From Octopus sinensis (lineage: Eukaryota): DNA of 64,000 nt. The DNA is taken from positions 72,106,001 to 72,170,000 of the forward strand of contig NC_043005.1 in the NCBI RefSeq assembly GCF_006345805.1, given 5' to 3'. Both the position numbers and the translations under genes were made by a program. A model generated the notes under the pieces. That model had not been told where the DNA came from. It searched no databases and was given only the letters and a program-made list of their open reading frames with translations. Below are positions 1 to 12,346 of the stretch, one piece after another. Numbering within the stretch: the first letter of the stretch is position 1; each line of letters starts with the position of its first letter.

Positions 1-1067
1 CCAGGAATTTTCCAGCACCCTCTCACATGTGTGTGTATGTGTGTGTGTGAGAGAGTTTGTTTTTGTGTTTATCAGTCATTGTATGACAACTGGTATTGAT
101 CAGTTTTATGTCCCTGCAGCTTACCAGTTCAGCAAAATTTGACTGATAGAGTAATTATCAAACTTTGGCCATATCCAGCTCAAATATTCTACTTGTTTTG
201 TGTTCAAAATGGCTAGATCTAACCTCTCACGCTTACTCTATAATGCCCTTCTAAAATATATACAATCACATTATCAAAATCTCAAAACTGCAAGATAATA
301 CATGATTAATTCAAAACTATATGAATAAATATGTATTACATTTGTCTGAATAACATGAATGCTAAACAGTTAAAATAAAACTTGAGATTGATTAAATCCT
401 TCAAATCTGTACTCCAAGGTGGTTATAGTTCAATAACCAAAACAAACAAATGAAAATATGCCTGAAAGATGCCAATAAACGAAACTTTTTGCTCTTGAGT
501 CACTTAGTAACTTCTCTCTGATTAAATTAAATTATGTGTTTGAACATATTATCTTCAATTTAGTAGCTCGGTACTATAAACACTGAGCAACTAGTATGTT
601 TTTGATTTCAGTTTGTAAAGGAATATAGCTTTAAAAAAAAAATGTTCTGAATTTTTATTTTATTCTCAAAATGTGAAAATTTTTTTTATATCATTTTTTA
701 ATTATTCTTTAAAATACATCAAAGTAAAGAAACCATCGTCAATCTGTTTGCAGCTAAAGCTAAGGAGTGTTATTTTGAATAACTTTTCTGAGAATTATTT
801 GTAAGCAGCTGTGTTATTAAGATATATTATTTTGGCAAATCATATACTAACCCCCACCACAGAGTATGAAATGCGTTACCAGTTTGTCTACTTCCATAAA
901 TGAATTCTGTAAGATCTAAATAGAAATAAATGATAGATAAGGTAATTATATAGATCAAGTCTTATATTTATTGAACATAAGATTTACTTGCTTTGGAAAT
1001 TTGGTAAATACTATCTATAGAAATGTTGATTTCATTATGCTGATTCTTAAGTTAGAAAACAACAAAC

Positions 1068-2154
1068 ATGAGCAAACATTAGTGTGTGGGAATATAGTTT
1101 CTTATTGCAGAATCTTTTGATGAACTGACAAACTTTGAAATTTGAGCTGGGTTCAGTTATAATACATGAAAGGGAATAGGGCTAGACTAATCTACTCACT
1201 GGTGTTCTTTGTATTGATTTGTAAGAAAGGAGCTGGAGGTCTTTGATTCTCTGTTGTGAATGAAATTAATGAATATAGAGAAGGTACAGTGGAATTTTAG
1301 GTAGACTCAGAAAGAAGCAGAATTTTAGTAGTACAAGATATACTGGATTATGTAGCAGTCAGAATAAACCAGAATCTAAATTAAGAAGTGAAATAGAACC
1401 AGTATGTGTGTGTGTTTGTTATTGACGTGGTGACCCACCCAAGATACAACAAAATATATTTCAATGAGCAAACATTGGTGAGTGGGAATATAGTTTCTTA
1501 TTGCAGAATCTTTTGATGAAATGACAAACTTTGAAATTTGAGCTGGGTTCAGTCATAATACACGAAAGTGAATAGGGCTAGACTAATCTACTCGGTGGTG
1601 TTCTTTGTATTGATTTGTAAGAAAGGAGCTGGAGGTTTTTGATTCTCTGCTATGAGTGGCTGTGTGGTAAGTAGCTTGTTTACCAGCCATATGGTTCCGG
1701 GTTCAGTCCCACTGTGTGGCACCTTGGGCAAGTGTCTTCTACTATAGCCTCGGGTCGACCAAAGCCTTGTGAGTGGATTTGGTGGACGGAAACTGTAAAA
1801 AAAGCCCATCGTATATATGCATATATATGTGGTGTCTGTGTTTGTCCCCTCCAATATCACAACCGATGCTGGTGAGCTTACGTCCCCGTAACTTAGTGGT
1901 TCGGCAAAAGAGACCGATAGAATAAGTACTAGGCTTACAAAGAATAAGTCCTGGGGTCGATTTGCTCAACTAAAGGCGGTGCTCCAGCATGGCCACAGTC
2001 AAATGACTGAAACAAGTAAAAAAAAAAGTAAATGAAAATAATGAATATAAAGAAGGTACAGTGGAATTTTAGGTAGATTCAGAAAGAAGTAAAATTTTAG
2101 TAATACAAGATATATTGAATTATGTAACAGTAGGAATAAACCGGAATCTAAATT
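1068..2154. repeat. Local tandem duplication (copy 1 1068-1382; copy 2 1464-2154, interrupted by a SINE)
   Basis: atgagcaaacatt...aatctaaatt occurs twice with scattered substitutions. The 81 bp between the copies matches 6041-6654 minus its SINE insert. Confidence 0.9.
1654..2030 (+). mobile_element. SINE family A (tRNA-like head, CORE-like ccttgggcaagtg segment, central TA/GT microsatellite, tail ...gaaacaagtaaaa)
   Basis: Matches many other copies in the window end to end; interrupts copy 2 of the duplication. Confidence 0.85.
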
Positions 2155-2231
2155 TCTGTTGCATATATGATGTGATTAGTGCTGTTATTGTTTATCCTCT
2201 TGTCAGCTCTTTATGATCAAAGTCAAGAGTA

Positions 2232-2560
2232 AAGATTCCCTTCGGTCACAAACGACAATAGGATTGCACCGAAACAACTCACTTCCAATGCACAAGTCTG
2301 GACGAGTTTGTTTTGTGGAAGACTAGCAGTTGCTCATGCATAACAGTTTCTCATTTTCATGCTACTAATGTTATCAAAGGGAAAGACAAAGGTTGATACA
2401 GCTTGGCACCAGTGATGTCACAACACATTTCTACAGTCGAGTGAACAGGAGCAACATGAAATAAAGTGTCTTGCTCAGGTACACAACATAGCCCAGTCTA
2501 GGAATTGAATTCACCACCTCACAGTTGTTAGCTTAATACACTAACCACTTAGTCATGCAA
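2232..2560 (-). mobile_element. tRNA-derived CORE-type SINE, family F
   Basis: Reverse complement of the 53540-53858 copy (gagcaagacactttatttca...ctgtagaaatg...cactggtgccaag). Confidence 0.75.
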
Positions 2561-3204
2561 ATTCATGCAAATTTATGATCAGAGTTAATTTATACTTGGT
2601 CATTCTATATCTTTCTCCCATATTAAGGACTGCACTATCCCATCCAATGTGTCTGTTCTTTTTTAAGACAATATGACAGTGGCTAGTAAAATCGAGGTTA
2701 ATGGTCTGGTAAACTTGTTAGTGTATCAGACAAGATACCTTGTGGTATATGTTCTGATTCTTCATGTTCTGAGTTCAGATCCTGTTCTGGACAACTTGAA
2801 TTGTAGACTTAATCTTTCACCTGGTTTAACATCATCACCTGACACTTTGCCTGCCTTTAGAAGAGTCCACTTAGTTGCAAGCATCCAGAGCAGGAATCCA
2901 GTTTGAAGATATCTTCCTCACTGGTTTCAGAGGCTCTGTGAAAAAAAAAGTAATGAGCACTGTCCTTCCCTCCTGACTAAGAGGTTAAAAATAAGGGTCA
3001 AACTGGAGTCATGTTATTGTTTGACACTAGGTCACTTGAGTGACCAGACCTATGATCAATGATCTTCCAACTGTGACTATGATATCAGTTATTTAGCATA
3101 TAAGTGGCTATACTATCCAATGTGTCCTCCTTTATTGTACTAGTGTCTAGATTGAAAGACATGAAAGTGGTTGCTATTTCTAGCTGATCAAGCATTGGTT
3201 AGAT

Positions 3205-3422
3205 CAGCAGTCCTCAACTGCAGGTCCCAGGGCTACATGCAGCCCTAAAGCATCTTTTGGCAGCCCTTGATGGTCTTCCCTCTATAAATATGATGATTTT
3301 TTTTAACTGATTGATGTTTTACATTTTGAGGTGTAACCCCCACTACCACACCACCACCACCACTGAAACATATACTCAGATTTTGGATCTGGCCCACATA
3401 TTAAAAAGGTTGTGAACCACTA
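3205..3422. mobile_element. Decayed hAT-type MITE
   Basis: Ends cagcagtcctcaac / gttgtgaaccacta resemble CAGTGGTTCTCAAC TIRs; flanking 8-mers ggttagat/gctaagac match only 5/8. Confidence 0.5.
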
Positions 3423-3922
3423 GCTAAGACAATCTGTTATCGGTTCTGATATGATTCTTGAGTGTCCTCTAGAGTCCGTGCCTGGGCGAATGCTGCATCA
3501 AGTGTTAAGGTTGTGTTTTCTAAGAGATGCTGTCAAGACTCCCAGTTCAGCTTGACTTGTAAATACTGTAGCATATCTGATATCCTCACTGTTTGAGAAA
3601 CACAATAAGAATGATCTCGTTTAAGATTACAACCATCTTTGGCTGGTTTGTCCCTGTTGTGTCCACTGATCTGATTGGTTGGCATGTGGCACGGTTTGTC
3701 TCTTTCAAACAGTGGAACGGTTTGTTGTCCTTCATTTATATCTTTTGGTACGGTATTACAAGTTAAGTATTATGGCTTCTCTTCTTATAATGTTAGGGAC
3801 GACCGTGCGGCGTTCAAAAGAAGATGTTTGTCACCAACCTCCTTACGTACGCTTTATATCCCTACAATACTCCCTGTTCTAGTATATATTCACTCAGAGA
3901 AAATATTTTGGCTGGGGAGAAT

Positions 3923-4319
3923 GATATGATTCTTCTGAGTGTACCCTACACTATTTTATAAGGAAGCCTCTGCATGCATATATAATGTAGTAGGATGTGC
4001 CTGACATGATGGCATCAATTCAACAGTTTCTAACTAACTTTTCTTTTCCATGATAATCCTGTTAATATATATTTCAAGAAGATTGAAATAAATGAAATGG
4101 AATAAAGAATTTATAATTTGATCGTTAACTTTGTTTTAACATAAGACCTTAGGAAAGTTTCTTCTTGAAATAAATATTAACAGGATTATCATGGAAGAGA
4201 AAAGTTAGTTAGAAACTGATGAGTTTATACCATCATGTCAGGTACATCCTGCTGCATTATGTATGCTTGCAGAGGCTTCCATATAATATAGTATAGAGGA
4301 CACTCAGAAGAATCACATC
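3923..4319. repeat. Fold-back inverted repeat (arms 3923-4082 and 4160-4319, 77-bp spacer)
   Basis: The ~160-bp arms are ungapped reverse complements with scattered mismatches, e.g. cagtttctaactaacttttc / gaaaagttagttagaaactg. Confidence 0.9.
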
Positions 4320-5265
4320 CAGCTCAAAGTACCATATTGATACTGGATGAAATGCTTTGTAGAAATAATCAGGTAAAGTTTTCAAATAGGTTGTTATCAT
4401 AGAATTAAGAACATTGAATCACATAAATGAATATGATAGCACTGCATCTAAGTGCTGAGAAATAGTCTATTGTAAAATTGTCAGAGTCAGGTGAAAAAAC
4501 ATTTATGTTACTATAAGGATAATGAAGTTGACAAGGAATTTAGTTAAACATTTTGATTATATTCTGTCTTTTTTGTTTCCTATTATTATATTTGAGAGAT
4601 TTTTTTTTTTTATTTTCATGATTTTGTTTTGATAGAAAATATTCTCAGTTTATCGTTGGCAAAAATTATGTTATTTACTTGTCATTTGATAATTTAGTAA
4701 AAATCAAAATCAAACTAACGTAAGTATATTAAATTATATAGAATCTAATAATGTTTAGTATGGATATGTAATCAAATATAATATATAACAGGATAAAAAT
4801 ATTAAAAAAAGATGCTAACTCTTTTGGTGCAATTATCTTAATTGTTACGTTAATGTATGAGTGTTTAGATTGCCATAACATAGAAATAGTCTTACTTTTG
4901 AATATTGTATTCTCATAGTTTTGTATGTGGATACAATATTTATTTAACCTACCTCGTATATATATGACTATGTATGGGAATGTCTCAAATTATTCCTTTG
5001 TAGATTGAACAAATGATAATTAGAATCAATAAACTTCCAAACATTACTGGGTCCCATCAGACGCGTCTACATCATTTGACCAATCCCATCATGTGTGTGG
5101 ATGTGTGTGAAAAACAACTAGTATTTTGCATCCTTTTATCAATTCTGATATTGAGTGAACATTTTTTCAGATCTGAGGCATAAAGTTGGATATCCTTCCT
5201 GTCACTTGCCCCTTTAGTTTCCTCTTAAGGCTTATAGGGATGTAGTGTACCTATTTAATGATCAA

Positions 5266-5306
5266 GCATGTATGTATGTATGTATGTATGTATGTATGTA
5301 TGTATG

Positions 5307-5335
<29 letters not shown>
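5266..5335. repeat. (TATG)n microsatellite
   Basis: Pure tatg run. Confidence 0.95.
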
Positions 5336-5339
<4 letters not shown>

Positions 5340-5541
5340 CTAGATAGGGAACCTCCATTTGTAGATATCAATTAAATAATGTAGAAGTGCGCAGCAATTT
5401 CTATTCAAGTCTGGTATAAAATATCTGATATCTGATTCAAAAGTTACATGTTGTTCACATTATTAAACAAAACTAATAATTTTAATTATTTTGATTTTTC
5501 ATTTCATTAATTTTTTTCCATATTTCCATATTTAATTTCAG

Positions 5542-5722
5542 GCTGTGAGATATCCAATATAAGCCACGACGTAGAATCACTGAGAAATGGCTCTTTGCAC
5601 TCACCGAACTGGCCAAATCTTTATCCTAACAGCATTTGTCACATATATAAGTTTACAGGAAGGAAATCAGAGCGAGTAAAACTAAACTTTACTTCCTTCA
5701 ATGTCCAAGGAATTCCACCCAT
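5542..5722 (+). CDS. Internal coding exon, N-terminal half of a CUB domain (SOL-1-like multi-CUB protein candidate)
   Basis: Pyrimidine tract and tttcag acceptor end at 5541; donor at|gtaagt at 5723. The 181-nt exon (phase 1 to phase 2) reads CEISNISHDVESLRNGSLHSPNWPNLYPNSICHIYKFTGRKSERVKLNFTSFNVQGIPP, with the CUB hallmarks C..G.L.SPNWP..YP...C...F.G...ERVKL.F..F. Confidence 0.9.
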
Positions 5723-6075
5723 GTAAGTAGCCTATTTTTATCTTAGATATTGTTGTTGTTTTGTTGTATTTAGAGCAGAGTGTATAAAACCCAAGAATAG
5801 AAATAGAATGAGTGCATGTGTTTATTATTGGAATAATGGTCCTTCTGAGATACATGTCATCGATAAAGTCATGAATTTTACTCCTTCACTTGTTTCAGTC
5901 ATTTGACTGTGGCCATGCTGGAGCACTGCCTATGAATGGTGACTAAAAAATGCTTTGACACACCTTGCTATTTGACTGAATGACTGATCAAACAATTCAT
6001 TAGTTAATTGGTTAAATAGTTAACCAATTGACAAATAAACATTAAGAAGTGAAATAGAACCAGTGTGTGTGTGTG

Positions 6076-6590
6076 CATCATCATCATCATCGTTTAACGT
6101 CCGCTTTCCATGCTAGCATGGGTTGGACGAATGACCGAGGGCTGCCAAACCAGATGGCTGCACCAGGCTTCAATCTTGATCTGGCAGAGTTTCTACAGCT
6201 GGATGCCCTTCCTAACGCCAACCACTCCGAGAGTGTAGTGGGTGCTTTTATGTGCCACCGGCACGGGGCCAGTCAGGTAGTACTGGCAACGACCTTGCTC
6301 GAATCTTTTACACATGCCACTGGCACAGGTGCCAGTAAGGCGATGCTGGTAATGATCACGCTGGAATGGTGTCTTTTATGTGCCACCTGCACAGAGGCCA
6401 GATAGCCGCTCTGGCAACGATCACACTCGGATGGTGCTCTTTAAGGCAACGCTGGTAACGATCACGCTTGAATGGTGCCATTTAAGTGCCGCTGGCATGG
6501 AAGCCGGTTAGCAGCTCTGTCACTCGTTTGGTGCTCTTTGTACCCCGCTATCACAGACACCAGTCATCAAATTTGTTTTTGATTTTTGAT
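6076..6590 (-). mobile_element. SINE family C (core ggaagggcatccagctgtagaaac, RTE-like tail ...gcatggaaagcggacgttaaacgatgatg, internal ~66-bp tandem units)
   Basis: Inserted into a (GT)n run; the empty site is visible at 1383-1466. Further copies at about 12347-12825(-), 15056-15402(-), 37127-37492(-), 40060-40290(-), 44968-45452(-), 59950-60202(+), 60930-61141(+). Confidence 0.85.
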
Positions 6591-7302
6591 TATGTGTGTG
6601 TATTTGTTATTGACATGGTGACCCACCCAAGATACAACAAAATATATTTCAATGCATGAGTTCCCATCAAGAACATTGCAAACCAAGTACAAGAATGAAA
6701 TTGTTGCTTAACCCCAGGTCAGAATTGATTGAACAGACCAATGATCAAAGACATTCCTGCAATGAAATGAAATTGCCATTTATTTATTTTCAGACTGTGT
6801 CTCAGACTACGTTATGTTTCCTTTCATTTTTAAGACAGTAGGGTATTATGTGACAGAGATTTAGTTATTTTTTCTTGCTGGTCACATGAGCACGCAGAGG
6901 CTTGTTCATTGGTTATTTTGCTGCTGGCCGAATCAGAAAACTGCACTTAGAAACCTATGCCTTTGTGGGTTCTGTTGATCTATTTGTAAATTAGTTATCA
7001 TGAGATGAAGAAGTAAAGCTCACAGCTGAAAGCATAGAGAGTTGGATATAATTAATGAGTGTTACATTAGCGTTTGATGCTTAACTACAAATCTAATCAG
7101 AATACAGCTTGTAGAAAGAAGGGTATCTCTAAGATGACTTAATCTAAAAACACAAAACATGATGAATTTGTTGGCATTCTAGCTGTGACTGTCATATACT
7201 TTCTTTTCATAAATACAGTATCCTAAAACTGTATTTATCCTATATATTCTTCCTTTAAGAGATAAAGGTGTAATTTTTAGGATATTTAGTTGCTATGTGT
7301 CG

Positions 7303-7694
7303 TAGGGGTGGCTGTGTGGTAAGTAGCTTGCTTATGAGCCACATAGTTCCGGGTTCAGTCCCACTGCATGGCTCCTTGGGCAAGTGTCTTCTACTACAGC
7401 TTCGGACCAACCAAAGCCTTGTGAGTGGATTTGGTAGACGGAAACTGATAGAAGCCCGTCGTATATATGTATATGTATATATATGTGTGCGTGTTTGTGT
7501 GTCTGTGTTTGTCCCCCCAACATCGCTTGACAATCGATGATGGTGTGTTTACGTCCCCATAAATTAGCGGTTCGACAAAAGAAACCGATAGAATAAGTAC
7601 TGGGTTTACAAAGAATAAGTCCTGGAGTTGATTTGCTTGACTAAAGGTTGTGCTCCAGCATGGCTACAGTCAAATGACTGAAGCAAGTAAAAAG
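7303..7694 (+). mobile_element. SINE family A, full length
   Basis: Same head, core, microsatellite and tail as 1654-2030. Confidence 0.85.
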
Positions 7695-8150
7695 ATGTCT
7701 TGTAAGTCAAGTGACCATGGAAAGTTCCTCCCACTGACTGGTTCAGTGATTGCTTAGTCTCAAGCCAGCTTTAACTGAAGGGACTCATGATGGAAAGCAA
7801 CTCAGCCATGACATCACCTACTATTTCATGAGAGTATGGTATGATTTGAGGAAATTTAGCTACTATTTCTGGGAGGTTGAACAACCATTCACAGGTGTGT
7901 TGACAAATGTTTTCACTTATGTTGTTATCATGATGAAGCACTGAATTATAGGACTTACAGCTGCTAACACACGTGTGTTACAGAGTTTTTTATCATCATC
8001 ATCATTTTAACATTCACGTTTCCATGCCAGTATGGGTTAGGCAGACTTTCTACAGTCAGGTACCCTTCATGTCACCAACCTGTACTTGTTTCCAGGCAAG
8101 GCAATATTTTCCCATAGTCAGAAATGCTCTTGCAGAATATTGGAAAAGAA

Positions 8151-8307
8151 TAGTGGCTGTGTGGTAAGTAGCTTGTTTACCAACCACATGGTTCCGGGTT
8201 GAGTCCCACTGCGTGGCACCTTGGGCAAGTGTCTTCTACTATAGTCTCGGGTCGCCAAAGCCTACTGAGTGGATTTGGTAGACAGAAACTGAAAGAAGCC
8301 CGTCATA

Positions 8308-8360
<53 letters not shown>

Positions 8361-8580
8361 ATATGTTTGTGTTTGTCCCCCTCAACATCACTTGACAACC
8401 GATGCTGGTGTGTTTATGTCCCCGTAACTTAGCAGGTCGGCAAAAGAGACTGATAGAATAAGTGCTGGCTTTACAAAGAATAAGTCCTGGGGTCGATTTG
8501 CTTGACTAAAGGTGGTGCTCCAGCATGGCCACAGTCAAATGACCGAAACAAGTAACAGAGTTAAAGAGTAAAAGAGTATA
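8151..8580 (+). mobile_element. SINE family A, full length
   Basis: Same structure, with expanded central (TA)n and a taaaagag-repeat tail. Confidence 0.85.
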
Positions 8581-9307
8581 TCCACACTCATAAGACTTTC
8601 TTCAGCCCAGGGTTATATAGTATGTGGCATTTTGCCAAAGTGCGGCACAGTGAGATTGAACCTGAAGCCACGTGGTTCCAATTCAAACTTGGTAAAACCA
8701 TACAGCTACGCATGTACTCTGTTCAGAGAACTTTTATAGTGACTTCGTAAACTCTCATTATTCCAATGTTCCGATGTGAGTAAAATATATAATAGCTTTG
8801 TCAATCTATCTGACATGCAAGAGTTTAATCCTTTCAACTAGCATCCATTAAATACGAAATAATATTTTTATTGTTAAATCTAGCATCACCATATTTAAAT
8901 GATCGGCAGTGAAGAGATTATATGCCATGTACAGAGATAGGATTGGACCATATTTTCATAATTCAGTGAACTGCCTATATTCTTCGGCTAACTATTGATA
9001 CATCTCAGTAATGATTTGTTTGCTTATCTATTGGTGACTGGTGATTTGGACCTCAATGGAGATTACTGTGGATTAAAACAGTGATTGAGCTTTAATATTT
9101 CTCTGCTAGATTCATGATGTTTGCATGTCTTAACATACAATTGTCCATTTTCAGGTTCCGTCTTGATTATAGCAAATGATTTAAGACATATAAAGTACAT
9201 TTCCACTGCTGGAAGTATAATTTTAAAATAATGACATGACATGTTTAATATTACATATGATGGTTTAACATGCACACATATTTCTGGATATTACGGCTAA
9301 AAATATC

Positions 9308-9370
<63 letters not shown>

Positions 9371-9435
9371 AAGGAGTCTCACAGTGCTCACTGAGGTGCT
9401 CATCTGGATTTCTAAATCACTATCTTGTCATATGT

Positions 9436-9478
<43 letters not shown>

Positions 9479-10119
9479 GAAAATAAAGCATATATCAGAA
9501 AAGAAGCACATACATATGTATGCATGCATGTATGTATGTATGTATGTATGTATGTATGTATGTATGTATGTGTGTATGTATGTATGCATGTATGTGTGTA
9601 TGTGTGTATGTATGTATAAATATGCATGTATGTATTACATATGTGAGTGTGTGTGTGTATGTGCATTCATGCATGTGTGTGTGTATTCCAAAAGATATAA
9701 GCATGGTAGATCAGTTTGATTTAAGCTCATGTATTTGATGTTTTACCAGCTCTCTGAAACACATGTGGATTATATAATATATATATAAATTGTGGATCTA
9801 TGTATGTTTATATAATTGCAATATATTTGTACATATGTGTACTTATATACTATATATATAATATATATATATATGTGTTGGGGGTATAAGTATGTTACGA
9901 ATGTATATGTGTGTGTATATATATATATAATATATATATATATATATTATATATATATATATATATACACATGTATGTGTATGTAGATATGTTCACATAT
10001 ATGTGTAATTACATTTTTTAATATATGTGTGTGTTTATGTATGTATTTACACACACTCATACATATATACCTGTACATACATATATGTAAAACCTGGCCA
10101 TGCAAAACGAATGAGGCAT

Positions 10120-10760
10120 AGTTAGCAAGCACACCTTCAACTCATAAACTTGGAAGATAAGAAATGCTCTGATTTATTACAATGGAACACCAGCAACTCT
10201 GTAATTAAATGGTTCGGTAGCATTGAACATAAAGCATTCTGTAGATTCACCGAGTTTGACATAGTGGAATTTTATCTATCAATTTCTAAATCCCTTCTCC
10301 AAAAAGCCTTAGAATTTGGAAAGCCATTGACTGCTTTTAATGTACCTAACATCAGCATTTTAATGAAAAGCAGGATGCCGATCTTGTTTTATGATGATCC
10401 TTCAGAATAATAATAATAATAATAAAAGGGTTGGGTGAAGAATGATGTGTCATATAAATGGATAAATTTGATGGTTTTGTTTCCAAAATAAATTGCCTGA
10501 AAATTTTAGATACCACTCTCTAAAAAAACAAAAAAGCAACTTATGACTGGCATAGGATTATACAGGGATGACGGACGGTCAAACTTCCACCACATGCATT
10601 GCCATAACACGGTCATATTCATGACATATGTAATAAGTATATTGAAGGAACTTGATGTAAAAATAACCATCAATGCTAAGCGCAAGAACGCTCAATTAAG
10701 AGGGCATTATACTGGACATGATTCAGGCAAGTACCAGCTCTTCAGAAAGTCAAATGAAGA
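10120..10760 (+). mobile_element. Degenerate Penelope-like element reverse transcriptase fragment
   Basis: Translates QWNTSNSVIKWF...FDIVEFYLSISKSLLQKALEF and IGLYRDDG...LKELDVKITI...GKYQLFRKSN, matching PLE RT motifs (FDIxxFYPSI, YRDD); broken by stops, a deletion and a (TAA)n run. Confidence 0.8.
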
Positions 10761-10898
10761 TATAGATACATCATCATCCTTTAACATCCGTTTTCTGTGC
10801 TGCTGTGGGTTGGCTGCTTTGACTGGGATTATAAGCCAGAGAGCTGTACTAGGTTCCAGATGCACACATACACACACTCACATGCATATGTATACACA

Positions 10899-10945
<47 letters not shown>

Positions 10946-10962
10946 ACACATATATATATATA

Positions 10963-11355
10963 CTAGCAGTATCACCTGGCGTTGCTCGGGTTTACTTCGG
11001 TCCTTTAGAATTGGAATTTTTGAAAAGTAAAAATTTTGCATTATGTAGCTTGTTATTTGCTTTAAGTGAACATTTTTCTGGTTGATATACACCGAAAAAT
11101 GGCGACACAGCAGTAAAAAAATAGTAAAAAAATAGGAATTTTCATAGAAAAAAAGCACCTTTTTGATGTAAATAATTTTTGGTATTAACATGGTCCGATT
11201 TGAATTTTTTCTTCTACGGAAGGAAGAGCAAGCCTTCTTCTATCATACTCTCAATTTTGGTCAACTTGCGTGGCAGGGTCTCGGAGAAGATAGTGTTAGT
11301 TGAAGGCTACCAAACCTGCCATACACAGACAACTTCAGCTTTATATATATATAGA
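10963..11355 (-). mobile_element. Non-autonomous Helitron, subfamily 1
   Basis: Minus strand begins A|TC and ends cccgagcaacgccaggtgatactgCTAG|T (subterminal hairpin plus CTAG), inserted between A and T with no TSD. Confidence 0.85.
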
Positions 11356-12034
11356 TATGTATATCTTAGAACCACATTTCATTTCAATGAGGTGGGGGCC
11401 AGTGCATAATGATGCTGTTAAGAGGTAGGCCCTGAAACAGCATGCATTCTCTCCTGATGATCCCATAAACTTGTTAGCATCCAGTATATTGAGCTTACAA
11501 ATTGTAGCACTGGCATCTGCGAGTTTGTTTGCAAAAATTTTAGTCAGTTAAAGGCTATAATAAAAGACACTCATCAAGATTGCCAGATTGCTATTCTATG
11601 GAACCAAAATGGTGTGCTTGAGAAGCAAATTTCTGAGCCATACAGCTGTGTCTGTTTTTAAAATAATTTTTTGAAAGAAAAATTTGTTTAAAAATATTTA
11701 AAATATCTTTTCAAATATTGCTTAAACAACGATGGAATTTCAGGAGAAGAATTTTTTGAGTGTGCTTGCTTGTTTGAAGTTTAAGACATTTGGAATATTC
11801 TCATGAGAACCAGAAAGGAAAAGAAAAACAACCAATTTTACATGTGACACTTGCATAAGTTTTTTTCAAGAAAATATTAAAATAAGCGTTTTCTTCATAA
11901 CTTTTATATAATATTGCAAAAATATATTCAAACAACTAGTAATTCAAGTGAAAACTGGCTTGATTTATCAAGTGAATGATCAAAAATGTGAAAACCAAGA
12001 TAAATGAAATAACAGCCTTTCAGTTATATATCAC

Positions 12035-12066
<32 letters not shown>

Positions 12067-12346
12067 GTGTCTGTACATGAAGACGTGTTGTCTAGTGGGC
12101 AGGATGTTACATTCAAGATCAAAAGACTGTGATTTCAATTCCCAGATCAGTGGTGTGTTGTGTTCTTCAGTGAAACATTTCCTTTCGTGTTGGTCCAGTG
12201 TGCAATGGACTGGAATCCCATTTAGGGGAAGGTTGGCCTTCCTGCCTGGCCAATACAGTACCATCATTTGAAAGCTATAAGAATTCGAGGAAGCACATTG
12301 TGATCAGTTGTGTACTACAATATCTGAGAGTCTGGTCGCTACAGTG

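Noticed and set aside
462-485. ctgaaaga-tgcc-aataaac-gaaac, a hammerhead-like arrangement
   Set aside because: The core has an extra base, stem II has no partner strand, and no stem I or III can be drawn.
6246-6560. Regular ~66-bp repeats superficially like a CRISPR array
   Set aside because: Eukaryotic context, degenerate tandem units without unique spacers, no cas genes; internal to a SINE.
10543-11085. 180-aa ORF as a host gene
   Set aside because: Chance fusion of a Penelope RT relic, a SINE tail, a (CA)n tract and a Helitron end.
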